The translations under genes and the position numbers were made by a program. The notes beneath the pieces are model-generated. The model searched no databases, was not told the origin of the DNA, and was given only the letters and a program-made list of their open reading frames with translations. A stretch of DNA of 62,984 nt, filler included, from Basidiobolus ranarum (lineage: Eukaryota): NCBI GenBank assembly GCA_040143965.1. It is 40 parts of 40 records of this genome, joined end to end, with 100 filler letters (N's around TTAATTAATTAA, not from the genome) between each part and the next. Parts side by side here need not be neighbours in the genome. Positions count along the whole stretch, not along the records: positions 37,908 to 39,383 come from JASJQH010005066.1; positions 39,484 to 40,958 come from JASJQH010005067.1; positions 41,059 to 42,533 come from JASJQH010005068.1; positions 42,634 to 44,108 come from JASJQH010005069.1; positions 44,209 to 45,682 come from JASJQH010005070.1; positions 45,783 to 47,256 come from JASJQH010005071.1; positions 47,357 to 48,830 come from JASJQH010005072.1; positions 48,931 to 50,404 come from JASJQH010005073.1; 32 more parts are not named here. The stretch is one strand, 5' to 3'. This document shows, in pieces, positions 37,908-52,077 of the stretch; the first letter of the stretch is position 1, and each line of letters starts with the position of its first letter.

Positions 37908-38255
37908 GGGATATTCTATTTTTTGATTCTTAATATGGCTGGAATACAAAGCCTAAAATATCTAAATAAAGGCATGCATATTAATTTGAATTCCTTCAGC
38001 AATAAACCCAGTAATTTGCCATTTGAAAAATATGTTTTTGCAAAAATTGCTTGATATTGAATAACGCATTCCAAATTCAAGGATCAATATTTCAACGTGT
38101 AAGAATACAATTAAGATACTGTCAAGAAACCACTGTCACACCATCAAAATCCCTGGCAGAATGCAAGCCAACAATATTGTGTTGGTTCTATGATGGTTTT
38201 GCTATTTCAGAGAGTGGATCCAATCTGGATCAAATCAATTTTATTTTTGTTAGGG
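37908..38255 (+). mobile_element. R2 terminus ending TTGTTAGGG, inserted in copia integrase
   Basis: Sharp junction with copia sequence after 38255. Confidence 0.8.
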
Positions 38256-39383
38256 TCTGATATAGACTGCAGTAGAGATAGATTCAGCCCAACATTGGTA
38301 ATCTAACTTTTGTTCATGTAACATTGATCTTGTCATCTCCACTATGGTCCTATTAGCATGTTCTGCAACTCCATTTTGCTGTAGAGTATAAGGTACAGTT
38401 GTTAGTTGCTTAATTCCTTGTTTAGAGCAAAACTAGCAAAGTCTTTAGAGCAGTATTCTCCACCATTATCACCCCTTAGTACCCTTATTTTTGTGCTGAT
38501 TCTTTCTCTACCATTGCTTTGTAGTGCTTGAACATAGCTAAGGCTTTAGATTTTGCCTTGAGAAAAAATGCCCAAGTACATCTTATTTTGTCATCAATAA
38601 TGGTCATAGAGTACCTTTTCCCACCCTGTGAGACATTTTTTGTGGGCCCACATAGGTCAGAATAAACCAGGGCAAAATTCTCAGTGGAATTGATCTTTCC
38701 AGAGCTTGAAAACAGCTGTCTGTGATGCTTTCCGTATATGCTACCTTCAGACAGATCCAATTTAGTGATATTTCCAATTTCCAAGCCTGAAACAAGCCAA
38801 TTTTGGATCTTTTGGGTCAGTTTTTGTTCACCAATGTGGCCTAATCTTCTATGCTATGTTCGACAGCTTATTTCACCGGTTTTGGCCAAGTTTGCATGCT
38901 CAGAATGCAATTTGTTGATTTCTAGCTTGTAAAAGTTTTGAGCTTTGCTTCCAGTAGCAAATTTGGTATTATTCTGATCTGTAATAGTGCATCAAGCCTT
39001 ACTTAATATGAAGTTGAATCCCTGAGTAGTTGCTTGGCTTACTGAGAGTAGATTGTTGGTTTTATTTGGTACATAGAGTTCATCATCTATATAAGCAGAT
39101 GGTGTAGCTGAATTTTGGTCTAAATTGAGTACAACTGTGCCCTGACCAAATGCATCTAGTGCATAGTCAGCACCTAAGTAGACTTTCCTTGTTTGGATTG
39201 GTTTTAAGCTGGAAAACCAATCTTTCCCATTTGACATATGCTAGGAAGCTTCTGAATCAATGTACCATGTTTCTGAGTCTTCTTTAGTGATTACTGATAG
39301 GGCAGACACAAATAGATGATCTCTATCAGTGCTTGCTTGACTTGCTTGTTCCAATTTTAGCTTTTTGTCAACAATCCTATTTC
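38256..39383 (-). mobile_element. Ty1/copia protease-integrase remnant
   Basis: WYIDSEAS.HM, HRRLGHIG, YSDLCGP, DNGGEY. Confidence 0.94.
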
Positions 39384-39483
39384 NNNNNNNNNNNNNNNNN
39401 NNNNNNNNNNNNNNNNNNNNNNNNNNNTTAATTAATTAANNNNNNNNNNNNNNNNNNNNNNNNNNNNNNNNNNNNNNNNNNNN

Positions 39484-39887
39484 TGGGTGTTCCAGTCAGT
39501 TATTATCCTCACCAATATAGTCCACAGGTGTATGGTCGCTATGTGGGTAGTCCATGTATCCAACAAGGATATCTTTGTAGTCAAACGCGAGTAGTACCGG
39601 CTGTTAGTGTCCCAATACTAAGACAGAAATTTGTCACCATTACTCGTAAGCACGACAATCTCAATACTGCCGAAGCTAGCAATAAGAAATCCGCTAGGGT
39701 TAAATACCAGGATGGACCCAGCGCTGAAATTGAAGGAGAGCAAACTGCTTCAGTATATGCCAAGAAGCGCAGTGGGGACCACGCATTCAATCCTGTATTT
39801 GGTCAAGAGCAGTTTGGCCAAGTATTACCTTACATTCAAACTGAACCGATACAATCAGAGCAGAGCAATCCTTCCATTGAACAGTAA
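39484..39887 (+). CDS. 3' end of an uncharacterised host gene
   Basis: CpG-intact open frame ending ...SNPSIEQ*; exon structure not resolved. Confidence 0.45.
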
Positions 39888-40586
39888 GTGAAATGTCACA
39901 ACAATGCTTCCCACATATATTGCAAAATAAACTTTAGTGTTTGAGCAACTTTCTCGCTCACAGTATACCGGAGAGTATCTTTGTTTGCTTGGTTTAGTGC
40001 TTATACTGTCAAGTTATAATATTAGAGGGTGCATTTATCGATCTTCATGATTTTCTATAGCCTCAGATTGAGCCAAGAAGATTGCTGTGCACACTTTAGC
40101 TTTTTATTTGCATGGTAATACTTTAAAATTTTCTTGATAGCTTAATTTATTGCTCACGGCTTGGCGCTACTGAACCTCAATCGGTATGCTATAACTATGA
40201 GATATATAGCAAAATAGAATAAGACATTTCAATGAGTACTTTTTGTGAATCATAAATACATGGAAAGATGTCTAGCAAACCCAACTCAAGCATGTAATGT
40301 CAATGCTCTCTACCAGAATCATCTTATTGTAACTCCAATTAAGTGATCCAAATATGGTGGAAATACAGAAAACTAACACTGGGGTTGTGTTCAGAACATC
40401 CGTGGGAGTAAAATGAGCTATCTTTGGGGCAATTTGGATGAGTTTGAAATTTCCAATATGGAATTGCTAATTCTCACATTATTCACATATATATATCATA
40501 TATGTTCCAATTTTCAGCTAAGTGATATTTGAGTAAGTAATGTTAACTAACTTATATGTCATATATGAAATAGTTAGGTGTATAAA

Positions 40587-40768
40587 GGACTTGTTCTCTG
40601 TGATAGTGCCAGATTGTGCTGTATATATCATATTGGATAAAGTATTCTAAAATTTATGTGGCACAATTTGGCACTATCCATCACCCTTGGGCATGATCAA
40701 TTTCAATCACATTTACTCTAATACTTTGATCCAAGTTCCAATAAATCCTGGCACAATGGAACAAGTCT
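40587..40768. mobile_element. 182-bp MITE inserted in LTR family C (40362-40812), TSD AAA
   Basis: The empty site GGTGTATAAAGA is visible in other LTR C copies. Confidence 0.92.
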
Positions 40769-41058
40769 AAAGATAGAGATAACAAATATGATAAAGACAA
40801 TAAACTTCAACAAGATCTTCAAATGTTTTGTATCAGGTTTAACTCCAAGCCAAGCTTGCAATGATGTAGAGTAAGACAGACTTCTAGTAAAACTCCTATT
40901 CTTCAGATATACAGTTGTAGCTACAGTTTCTGCCCAAAAGTTATGAGAAACATTTTGTNNNNNNNNNNNNNNNNNNNNNNNNNNNNNNNNNNNNNNNNNN
41001 NNTTAATTAATTAANNNNNNNNNNNNNNNNNNNNNNNNNNNNNNNNNNNNNNNNNNNN

Positions 41059-42533
41059 TTTGGAAGTTTATCCAACACCTGGCACCTCTCAGCAAGCCAA
41101 AACACCAGCAAATAGAACCCACAGCTCCCCAACCTCAACTAGTACTTTTCAAAGCATTCAAATTAGACCCAAAGTTAAAGGCAAGCAAAAAGCCAACATA
41201 CACTACAAAGCAACCTCACTAGTGTCACTACAAGGACATATAAAAATAGTCAAAGTGCTTGTGGAATATTTTCAACAGTGTGCAGGGAAAAATTCAGTGC
41301 AAGCAAACAGAAAGTGGCTTCAGAAGAAAAACATTCAACTTGACATTCAGACTGGTGTAGACTGTGCAGATAATTGGGAAAAGTCTAATTCAGAGTGGCA
41401 CAATATTTTATGGTATCTGCCAGATAGCTGGAAGAGTGTTGATTCCATAACATTTATATAATGATGGGCTTTGCTGGAGATATTGATACCAACATGTGTT
41501 GGATATAAGCTAAACCTTGGCTATCAAGAACTCTATAAAAAAATTCAGGAGAATCTATCAAAAAAACCAGGAATTTTGAAGGTGACAAATTAGTATTCAA
41601 GTGGTAAATATGTAAACTTTGAGTTACATTTTTTACACATGTGTTGATCCATAGTTCTCTCAGATTGTGGCAAAGCATATACAACTATTTTGCCAGATCT
41701 TGAAATTTCAATCCCAAAACTGAAAGAATTGATTAAAATCAAATCAAACTTGACATCATTGTGATGGTGAGTAAATGATCAATGCAAAAGGGATTAAAAT
41801 TGTGACAGTTTTCCTACAATAACAATTCTCAAATTTCAGTTAGGCAAAATACTACCCTTATGTAAGAGGTGTTCTTTTTTCTGTCACATCCTTCTCCTGC
41901 CCCAACACTAACATTTAAAGAAGCTCTGCTATTATTGTCACTAATTCTTAGATGCCACACATGCACATAAGACTTATTATTCTCACCAAGTTGGATGTGT
42001 ATCCACACCAATCAGTTGATTGCTGATTACTCTGTGCTAGTACCAGAACTACAACTTTGGTAGCTTCTTTTTTGATATACACCCTTCTAGCTTGCACTAC
42101 CATCAGAGAGCCATCACAATATTGATGGCTTGCATTCCGCCAGGGATTTTGATGGAGTGATATCAGTTTCTTGATGTTAATTTGACAGTATTCATACATT
42201 TTGAAATATTGATCCTCATATTTGGCCTGTGTTATTGAATTTCGGGCGATTTTTGCAAAAATCAAAGTTTCAAATGGATGATTTCTGGGTTTACTGCTCT
42301 GAGAATTTGATTTAATATGCAGGCCTTTGTTTAGATATTTTAGGCTTTGTATTCCACTCATAATGCACATCACATAATACAAGAATCTTGATTGTTTAGT
42401 CTCTACTTATTCACATATTCAACCTATCAGACATGACTCAACAACATCAATTTGCTTTGCCATCACAGTAACGGTGGAAAAATTGCTAAACATCTAAAAT
42501 TTGAATAGCACTGACACTTGGCAATTAGCTGAG
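41059..42533. mobile_element. R1 copy (+, 41059-41844) and R2 copy (-, ~42085-42533)
   Basis: Match to the other R1 and R2 copies. Confidence 0.75.
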
Positions 42534-43047
42534 NNNNNNNNNNNNNNNNNNNNNNNNNNNNNNNNNNNNNNNNNNNNTTAATTAATTAANNNNNNNNNNN
42601 NNNNNNNNNNNNNNNNNNNNNNNNNNNNNNNNNATATACAGTTTGGTGTAGATGAAACAATGCATACATGGTGACTGGCCCAAGACAATTTGATATTATG
42701 GACAAGATGTATATGTTGCTGATAAAGCTTTGAGATTTTGGGTAGTGAGAACTGCTTCCTGGATAAATACTCCGGAATATCCTAGAGTTAATTTAGGGGT
42801 ATGCAGAATAGTAGATGCTGGGACTTAGATAAAGCTCTATAACTTATTCATATCCTGAGGAAACCAACTTATACTTATAGTATAACTTGAGTCTATTGAG
42901 TTAAAGATTTGCACTTATGTTACCAGAGTTGAAGACTTTGGCATAATATATTGACAACAGTATCATATTAATTTATTTATATAAACATACAAAGCACCTA
43001 ATGACAACCTTTATATTCCAGCAACATCAGCTATATTATAAAGCATA

Positions 43048-43229
43048 GGAGTTGTTCCATAGTGCCAGAATTTATCGGACCTTTGCTCAATATATCAGAG
43101 TAATTCTGAATGAAATTGAGCAGGCTAGAGGGTGTTGGATTGTGCAAAATTGTGTAGCATAAATTTTAGAATAAGCTGTCTGACATGTTATACACAGTAA
43201 AATCTGGCACTATCATAGGGAACAAGTCC
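43048..43229. mobile_element. 182-bp MITE, reverse orientation, more diverged
   Basis: GGAGTTGTTCC...GGAACAAGTCC flanked by ATA/ATT. Confidence 0.85.
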
Positions 43230-44208
43230 ATTCCATTCCTCACAGGGCAAATTTCATTTGATCTTGGTATAAGTAAGGGTATCTATGATCTTATTTTATA
43301 ACTATTCTAATTGTCTTTATTGTGAATAAAAGAAAAATATATACAAGTAAAAAAAGCAATAGATAGGGAATACGGCTAGTGTTTCCAACTTTTCATGCAC
43401 CCACTGATTTTCTTACTCGCAACTTATTGATTAACCCTTAGCCACATTTCGATCGAACTGTACCCTTTTGACCAGGCCTTGCCAAACATTAGCTGGCATG
43501 CTAATATTATGACTCAACCCAGCTAGGAGAACTCTAATACGGTTTTAGCCTCCTAGACAGGTCGCCAAACCCCAGGAGTCAAAGTAGAATCGATCTCACT
43601 AGCCATCCCTATCATTACATGAAAATATCCATAATATATAGAGTAAAATTTTGATCTTTTATCAACTTATGGGTCCATAACTATAAATTAATGTTAACAA
43701 TTTTGAAATATTTATTATCAACATGATAATCGATTTTATTGATGATTAATTTAATAAATCTTGATCCAATAGTCATTTCCTTGCCGATCACAATTTTGTT
43801 ACTACTTGTCTTGTATCATCCGTTAGACTATTAGTTACATCCATCAAATATGTTAGATTTTATTACTTAGATTATGCCAAGTAAGCACCTTGAACTTATT
43901 AGTCCAACATACTTCTGCAAAGAATTTTATGCCAGAGATGATGTTTGTGATGACATGCTACCATCTGGCAAATACGTAAAACCAAGAAATATTGTTAACG
44001 TTTTCATTCTTAGCACCAATACGTAACGTTCAGATCTGACGACTGTCACCGACGAACGCAGGAACTTGGATGCGGGCGCAAGCCCAACTCTTAATTCTTG
44101 ATCTCAAANNNNNNNNNNNNNNNNNNNNNNNNNNNNNNNNNNNNNNNNNNNNTTAATTAATTAANNNNNNNNNNNNNNNNNNNNNNNNNNNNNNNNNNNN
44201 NNNNNNNN

Positions 44209-45614
44209 CAGATATTAAATTCTTAGCAATATCTGGAATGTGTAGTACATCTTTAAAAGTATACACTTTTGCTTCAGATGCTCCAGTTAAATTGACTTGA
44301 ATTGTTCCCATTTCAATAGCACCCAGTGTGCAGTCATCTCCCATGAAAACTGTTCTAATTGGGATTTCTTCATAGTCCACAAGCCAATGCTTTTTGTTTG
44401 TAAAATGTTGTGAGGCTCCAGAATCAATATACCACATCTGAAAATCCTGTTGGTAGTCATAGATAAGGAAGATATGAACAAGTGATCTTTGGTTATAACT
44501 GCATTTCCAGATTCAGTATGTTTTTCTTCTTTTGCAATTTCTTTAAAGCAATCTTTACTTAAATGGCTAGTTCTTTTACAGTAATCACAGAATGCATTAC
44601 TTTTCTTCTTAATGTGCTTTTGACCTTTATAGGAAGGTTTCCCATAGCCTATTAAAGCATTTTCTTCATTCTTTTGGTTGGATCCTAATTTACATAAATC
44701 TTCATCCAGAAGTCTGCCAAATACATAATTTAAGGTCCAATTTTCAGTTCTTGATTCTAGAGCCATTACCAGGCTCCAAACTTGTGTGGCAGGCTATTCA
44801 GGCTGGTAACTATGATATCTAGATCAGTAGTAGGTAATCCAATGCATAGCATTTCATCCACTAAAATGATGACTCTTTTAATTAGTGATTAAATGTCTTC
44901 TCCTGGCTTCATCTTGAAGTTAAATAATTGTCTTCTTAAAACATCTTGTTGGCAGCAGAACCTGTTTGGTAGGTGTCTTCCAAGGCTTTCCATACCTTCT
45001 TGACAGTTTTTGCTCTTGAACATTGAATTAACAATTTGTCTTTACATTAAGACAAATGGTGTTAAAGGCACTATGTTCTTGTTTAACCTGGAGTAAAACT
45101 TTGGCTTGAGATAGTTTTGTATTGTATTCTTTGCCTAAAACAATGTTACAAAGTCCTTTTTCTTGCAGCAGCTTTTTCATTTAAACTTTTCAAACTTGAT
45201 AATTGGTTCCATCCAATTTTTCAGAAGAGGGAAAAGTTCCATAAATCTGAGAAGTAGACATTAAAGAGAGTGCAAACTTGGGGCTCATAACCTGTTAAAG
45301 TATTTGGGAGCCTCTTAGTAGTGGTTTGGAGAATTTAAGGAACTGGTGGTTTTCACTTATTGATTTATTGAGTAAAAAGTTGATATTTATAGTTTTGTCA
45401 AGATGTAAACAAGCTAACATGTAGAATATGTTAAGGAGGTTCCAGGAACATGTGTGCAATGCTTAGGGCTTCTAGCACAAGTTATCAAAATCTATATATC
45501 TTCAAACTTCTAAGTAAATGAAGAATAATTTAAAATATCTTAGTAAATTACAAGATAACTAAGTACTAAGCTCTATAAGACTATATAGGTGCTTATGCAA
45601 TGCTAATTTCAACA
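44209..45614 (-). mobile_element. Copia family A 5' end: LTR (45293-45614), PBS (45281-45292), gag-protease
   Basis: LTR TGTTG...TAACA, PBS GGTTATGAGCCC, gag ATG at 45261 (KLDGTNYQV), CDYCKRTSHLSKDC knuckle, WYIDSGASQH. Confidence 0.95.
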
Positions 45615-45782
45615 GAAATTCACTAAGGATATGGAACCAAAGACCTCTGAAGATATTGAAATCATGAAACATATTCCTTACCNNNNNNNNNNNNNNNNNN
45701 NNNNNNNNNNNNNNNNNNNNNNNNNNTTAATTAATTAANNNNNNNNNNNNNNNNNNNNNNNNNNNNNNNNNNNNNNNNNNNN

Positions 45783-46713
<931 letters not shown>

Positions 46714-47560
46714 CTGAAATGGATTTAGCGACTAATCAGTAAGGTAAGGTTGAGTATAAGAGACAATAGAGGCCAGGTATGGAGTAAAAAGCAATTGAGG
46801 ACTATACGGTCAATAAGGATAGTTAAATTGAAGTTTCTAGTATTAAATTACATACATTAATTTTGGAGTATCCATCGTGACACATTGAGGTGACTGGGTT
46901 ATTATTTAAGTTCAATTAGCATATTTATTAAGGAATTTTCCGATATTAATTTACAAAGACAATGACGTTATTGAGCATGACATGGAATCATCGTTCCTGA
47001 AAAACATGTCACTTCAACAATAATATAAAGCAGCCGATAAAGCTTGGGCAAATAGAATGTTCAAAAAACAGTGTTTGTATTTGATTTTCAAAGTTTTATT
47101 ATATTAGCTGGAGGGTGCGTTAAAATTAACAGACAGTACCAGAGCTGGAGGCAATTCTGGGCCATAAATCAGCACATTCCTTACCACCGGGACCGGTACT
47201 GGGGGAAGCCTGCCTCTCCCCCGGGGGGTTGAGAATGACACAGGCGTTAACTTCGANNNNNNNNNNNNNNNNNNNNNNNNNNNNNNNNNNNNNNNNNNNN
47301 TTAATTAATTAANNNNNNNNNNNNNNNNNNNNNNNNNNNNNNNNNNNNNNNNNNNNCAATCAAGAAGCTTTGGTTTGCCTTGAATTCATCTAGCCGAAGA
47401 TGGGACTCATCCATTTCTTGGGCTGCGAGCTATCTATATCTACACAATTAAAATCCAAACTTTGAGATTAATAGTATTAAGTAATAAATAGTGCATACAT
47501 GGTGGAGGAGATAGCGTATAAAATGCACCTCCATGGAATTAACTCTCTTACGCCTCTTAA

Positions 47561-48830
47561 ATGTCTAAGATCTTAGAACCGGTAACAATTGGGGGAATAC
47601 CTATAGGTCTAAAAAACTTGGCTAAACTCCAGAGACCTTCAACTTCCCCCGCGTTAGAAAAGGGCAAATCTCAAGAAAAGTATGAGAACAGGGAACGAAA
47701 TAAAAGAGTGAGAAAAGATGATATTGAGCCATATGAGTTGGATCTAGCCTTAACTCAAACGCCAGCAATGTTCACCGATGAGAGTCGAAAATCCAAAAAT
47801 CTATTCTTACCACCACCATCCAGAAGTATGACTAGCAAACATGAGTTAAATGAACCAAAACTCGAGGAGCATTTTGAAATTGATCTTGAAGTACCGAATG
47901 TTAAGTTCTTACTTTGCCATACTTTCATTAATTTTGAGTATTGAAATTACAGTCAATTGCCATCGATGGAGATGGCTTCTTTCAAGAACAGGAACATATT
48001 TTTGCATCCATGGATGATCTGAGATGTGCTGAGAATGATCATTTTGAAGAGCAGAACTCGTTGGAAAATAATGACTCTCTAGAACTTCCGGAAAATAATC
48101 GCCTTAACCAAAGTCAACCTACAACACGAACTACGACCGAAAATGTCAAGCAGAAAATAAAAGGTAACTGTTATTAAATTGAATTTTTATTTCATTTATA
48201 TTGTCATCTGATTTCTGGTGGGCATATTTCAGAACTTGAAAGCTTATTCCAAAAATCCTTTGATAAGATGATATCCTTGATCATGTAAGTGGAGAAGTTT
48301 CCAGCTGACTATGATATTGACTACGAGGTAAAACTGGCTTGAAATATAGGGCAAATGATGCATTTAAGGAAGAGATTTTCATGGACTTTCATGAGGTTCA
48401 AGTGAACCTAGATGAAAGAGATACTGCTCTAAACAACAAATGGGAATCGGTTCGGGGAAGTGCTTTACAGCTAAGGAAATTTGCTGAAAACGAGTTAGTA
48501 TGATTAGCACATACTTCACAGTAAGAGGTAGGCAGTTATTAGGCAATCTTGCACATTTTCGATGAATTCTTGTAAGTAAATGATTTGTTGGTATAATTAC
48601 GTCTAATAAACAATCTTGGAGTTTGCATGCTATATTGGCAGATTAGCAGTTTATTTAGCTCTCTTTATGGTTTTTTACCTGTCATTTGTCTAGGATGTTT
48701 GACCTTGCTAGCCAACATCTGATCGATTGAATGGCTAAATACATAATTGCACATCGAAAATCAATAGATATCCAGGATGTTGGCGCAAAAGGAAGATTTG
48801 CAACTGACTCGCAAACAACCCAAACCCTTA
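47561..48830 (+). CDS. Multi-exon host gene of unknown function
   Basis: CpG-intact open frames separated by short GT..AG segments; no family recognised. Confidence 0.5.
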
Positions 48831-48930
48831 NNNNNNNNNNNNNNNNNNNNNNNNNNNNNNNNNNNNNNNNNNNNTTAATTAATTAANNNNNNNNNNNNNN
48901 NNNNNNNNNNNNNNNNNNNNNNNNNNNNNN

Positions 48931-49972
48931 ACCATCACATCTATTCCCTAAACCTTTAATCGCCTGGCTCCCATAGCCTATTAAACTACTTTCTTCATTC
49001 TTTTGGTTGAATCCAAATTTGCATCAATCTTCATTCAAAAGTCTGCCATATACATAATTTAAGGACAAATTTTCAGTTCTTGATTCTGGAGCCATTACTA
49101 GGCTCTGAAACTTGTGTGGCAGGCTATTCAGGACTGTAACTATGATATCTTGATCAGTGGTAGGTACCCCAATGCATTCCATTTTATACACTCAAATAGT
49201 AACTCTATTAATTAGTGAGTTTATGTCTTCTCCTGGCTTCATCTTTAAGTTAGAGAATTGTCTTCTTAGAAACATCTTGTTAGCAGCAGAGCTTGTTTGG
49301 TAGGTGGCTTTTAAGGCTTTACATACCTTCTTGGGAGTTTTAGCTCTTGAACATTGAATTAGCAACTTGCCTTTCATATTAAGACAAATTGTGTTAAAGA
49401 CACTTTGTTCTTTTTTAACCTGGAGTAAAACTTTGATTTCAGATAGTTTTGCATTGTTTTCTTCACCTACAACAGTGTCCTAAAGATCTTTTTCTTGCAA
49501 CAACATCTTCATTTCAATTTTCCAAACTTGATAATTGGTTCCATCCAAATTTCCAGAGGAGGGAAAAGTTCCATAAATTTGAGAAGTAGACATTACAGAG
49601 AGTGCAAGCTTGGGGCTCATAGCCTGTTAGAATATTTGGGAGCCTGTTGGAAGTGGTTTGGAGAATTAGAGGAATTGGTGGTTTTCACTTATTGATTTAT
49701 TGAGTAGAATGTTGATATTTATAGGTTTGTCAAGATGTAAACAAGCAAACTTGTACAATGTGTTAAGGAAGGTCCCATGAATGTGTGTGCAAAGTTTGGG
49801 GCTTCTAGCACAGGTTTGAAAAATTCATATATGTGAGAACTTCTAAGTTGGTTTCAGTATTCCAAGTAAATTCCAATTAGGAATAAAGGATAATATCTTA
49901 GCAAATTATAAGATAACTAAGTACTAAGCTATATATTATTATGTAGATGTTTAGGCAATGCTAATTTCAACA
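48931..49972 (-). mobile_element. Copia family A 5' end: LTR (49625-49972), PBS, gag
   Basis: Paralogous to 44630-45614. Confidence 0.93.
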
Positions 49973-50513
49973 GATATAACTATATATTGGTGTAGCCGGA
50001 AATTTAGTAAACTGTTGCTATACTTAGATGGGAGTGGTTGTAATTTTAGTGTGTATATTACTTTATTGTGAAGAGTAGTAATAATGAGACTGGAGCATAG
50101 GATTGCAAAAGAGAAGAGTGTATTCTGGAATTGATTAGCAATGCCACTTAGTCAAAGAAGTCATACCAGGAAATAAATTTACAGTCCAGTATAAACCTGT
50201 GTTATGTCTTCTGTTTCTAACTCAATTTATTAATGAATTCTATGAAAAATAGAAGGATTTTTCCTAGAGATCCCGAGAGTTGAAGATGGGATACGAAAAC
50301 ATTAATTGGCTGGATTGTCAGAGTTGAAGCGAAGATCCCATCCTATTTGTGGTCCAAATTTAGGTAAAGTCTCGGCGACAGTATGGACATCCTTGTCACC
50401 ACGANNNNNNNNNNNNNNNNNNNNNNNNNNNNNNNNNNNNNNNNNNNNTTAATTAATTAANNNNNNNNNNNNNNNNNNNNNNNNNNNNNNNNNNNNNNNN
50501 NNNNTTAATCAAG

Positions 50514-50768
50514 CATTCCTTTATTCATAATAGAGTTATTAGTACCTGGTGGTTTATGAAAATCCGTTAGTTGAGCCCAAAAGGCTCAGTAGTGGCGTCA
50601 CTCTACTCCACGAGGCTAGACTGACCGCAGAGGGTGTAGCATTTCCACAGACAGCAAGCTGAGTAGAGAGTCTTTGGTTGGAAAGCTTTCCTTGACGAGC
50701 CAAGAACCCTAAGATTTGGTAATGGAGATGCTTGATGAAGCTTGAAGAGCGTAGTGGATGTTTGTATA
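50514..50768 (-). ncRNA. Candidate structured non-coding transcript, copy 1
   Basis: TATA-like box, 23-nt block shared with 51775-51797, several hairpins, shared AATAAA-containing 3' block, no substantial ORF. Confidence 0.4.
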
Positions 50769-51472
50769 TGGCTTCAAAGAATAGAAGATGCCTTTATATA
50801 TGGATAGAGGTTGTTCAACTGATATCCTCGTTAGTAACACCAGCTACACAACGGGAGAATAATTAGTACATAGAGATTGGGATTTGTTACAAGATGAGTC
50901 ATAATACCAGTCTTAACTATTCTAGATGAGTAGTCGCCGTATGTAAGATCATCATTGAAGTGAGTAAGGAGCTTTGAGGCCTTCATGGAAGTCATTTTGC
51001 TCCAAATCAGCATATCAAAAACCCGATGATGCTTCCTGAAACGATCTCAACACGACTTGCATTTGTTCTTATATTCGTTGCACTAAGATTAGTATATTCT
51101 ACAATTATGAGCAAGAGAGCTAGAAGTAGTGAGGAGGATATTCTATCACAGCTAGGTATGCATGTAAGAATAGACTCAATATTTACTTGTTGTGGTGGAC
51201 AAAATCTGTTATTTTACACTCCGCATTTTAGTAATGGCAACATCAATACGTTACCAGTATATTCGGGTTGAACACTAAGTGTATCTGAAAAGAACAATAG
51301 AGTCAATTGCATTGCAAGATACCCCTTCAATAGTAAGATGTGGGTAAAGTAGTGACAGAGATACCAGTTTGACTTATATTCTCTAGCTTAGTGATTTTGG
51401 TTCCGCCAAATTTTCAGCAAGCATTCATAGCATACACAAAAACTTATTAGTAAAAATCCGGTTTTTATCCAA

Positions 51473-51797
51473 CATTCCTTTATTCAATATCGATTGTTGT
51501 TACATCAAACGGTGATCCATGAATACACCAATGGTTCGTGCTAAAGAGTTCAAAAATAAAATTCCTTGCTCATGAAGCTATATTTAGTGGAGAACTTTCT
51601 TCTGGATACGGTTGGGAGTTCCCTACCCCTGAAGCTACATGATTCCATCATGTGACCAATTATCAAGGACAAAAAGGTGAACAGTGAGCTTTGAACCAGC
51701 TACCCCAGTGGAGATCTTCATCAAGATACCAACAAGCCGAAGACTAGATAACGGAGATGTCAGATGATGGTTCTAGAGCGTAGTGGATGTTTGTATA
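51473..51797 (-). ncRNA. Candidate structured non-coding transcript, copy 2
   Basis: Same architecture as 50514-50768. Confidence 0.4.
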
Positions 51798-52077
51798 CTG
51801 AACTGTGAATGTAAAGGCAGTTTTTATAGCCTATTTTTGATTGATAATCACACCAAGAACATATTAGCCTTTTACCGCTTCCACAATAATACTATTTAAT
51901 CCCAATATGAATATCCAGTTGGCATTGTACATACTGGAGTGTACTGGTTATATCGAGTTTAAGTGAGTCAAGGTAAGNNNNNNNNNNNNNNNNNNNNNNN
52001 NNNNNNNNNNNNNNNNNNNNNTTAATTAATTAANNNNNNNNNNNNNNNNNNNNNNNNNNNNNNNNNNNNNNNNNNNN

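Noticed and set aside
47150-47256. GC-rich stretch at a contig end as a possible RNA gene
   Set aside because: No cloverleaf or recognisable motif; truncated.
48271-48280. ATATCCTTG as a second U12 donor site
   Set aside because: No matching branch site and AC acceptor identified; it reads as coding sequence next to a GTAAGT donor.
50730-50760. Weak resemblance to 5.8S rRNA (GATGAAG..CGTAG)
   Set aside because: Too short and the flanks do not match rRNA.
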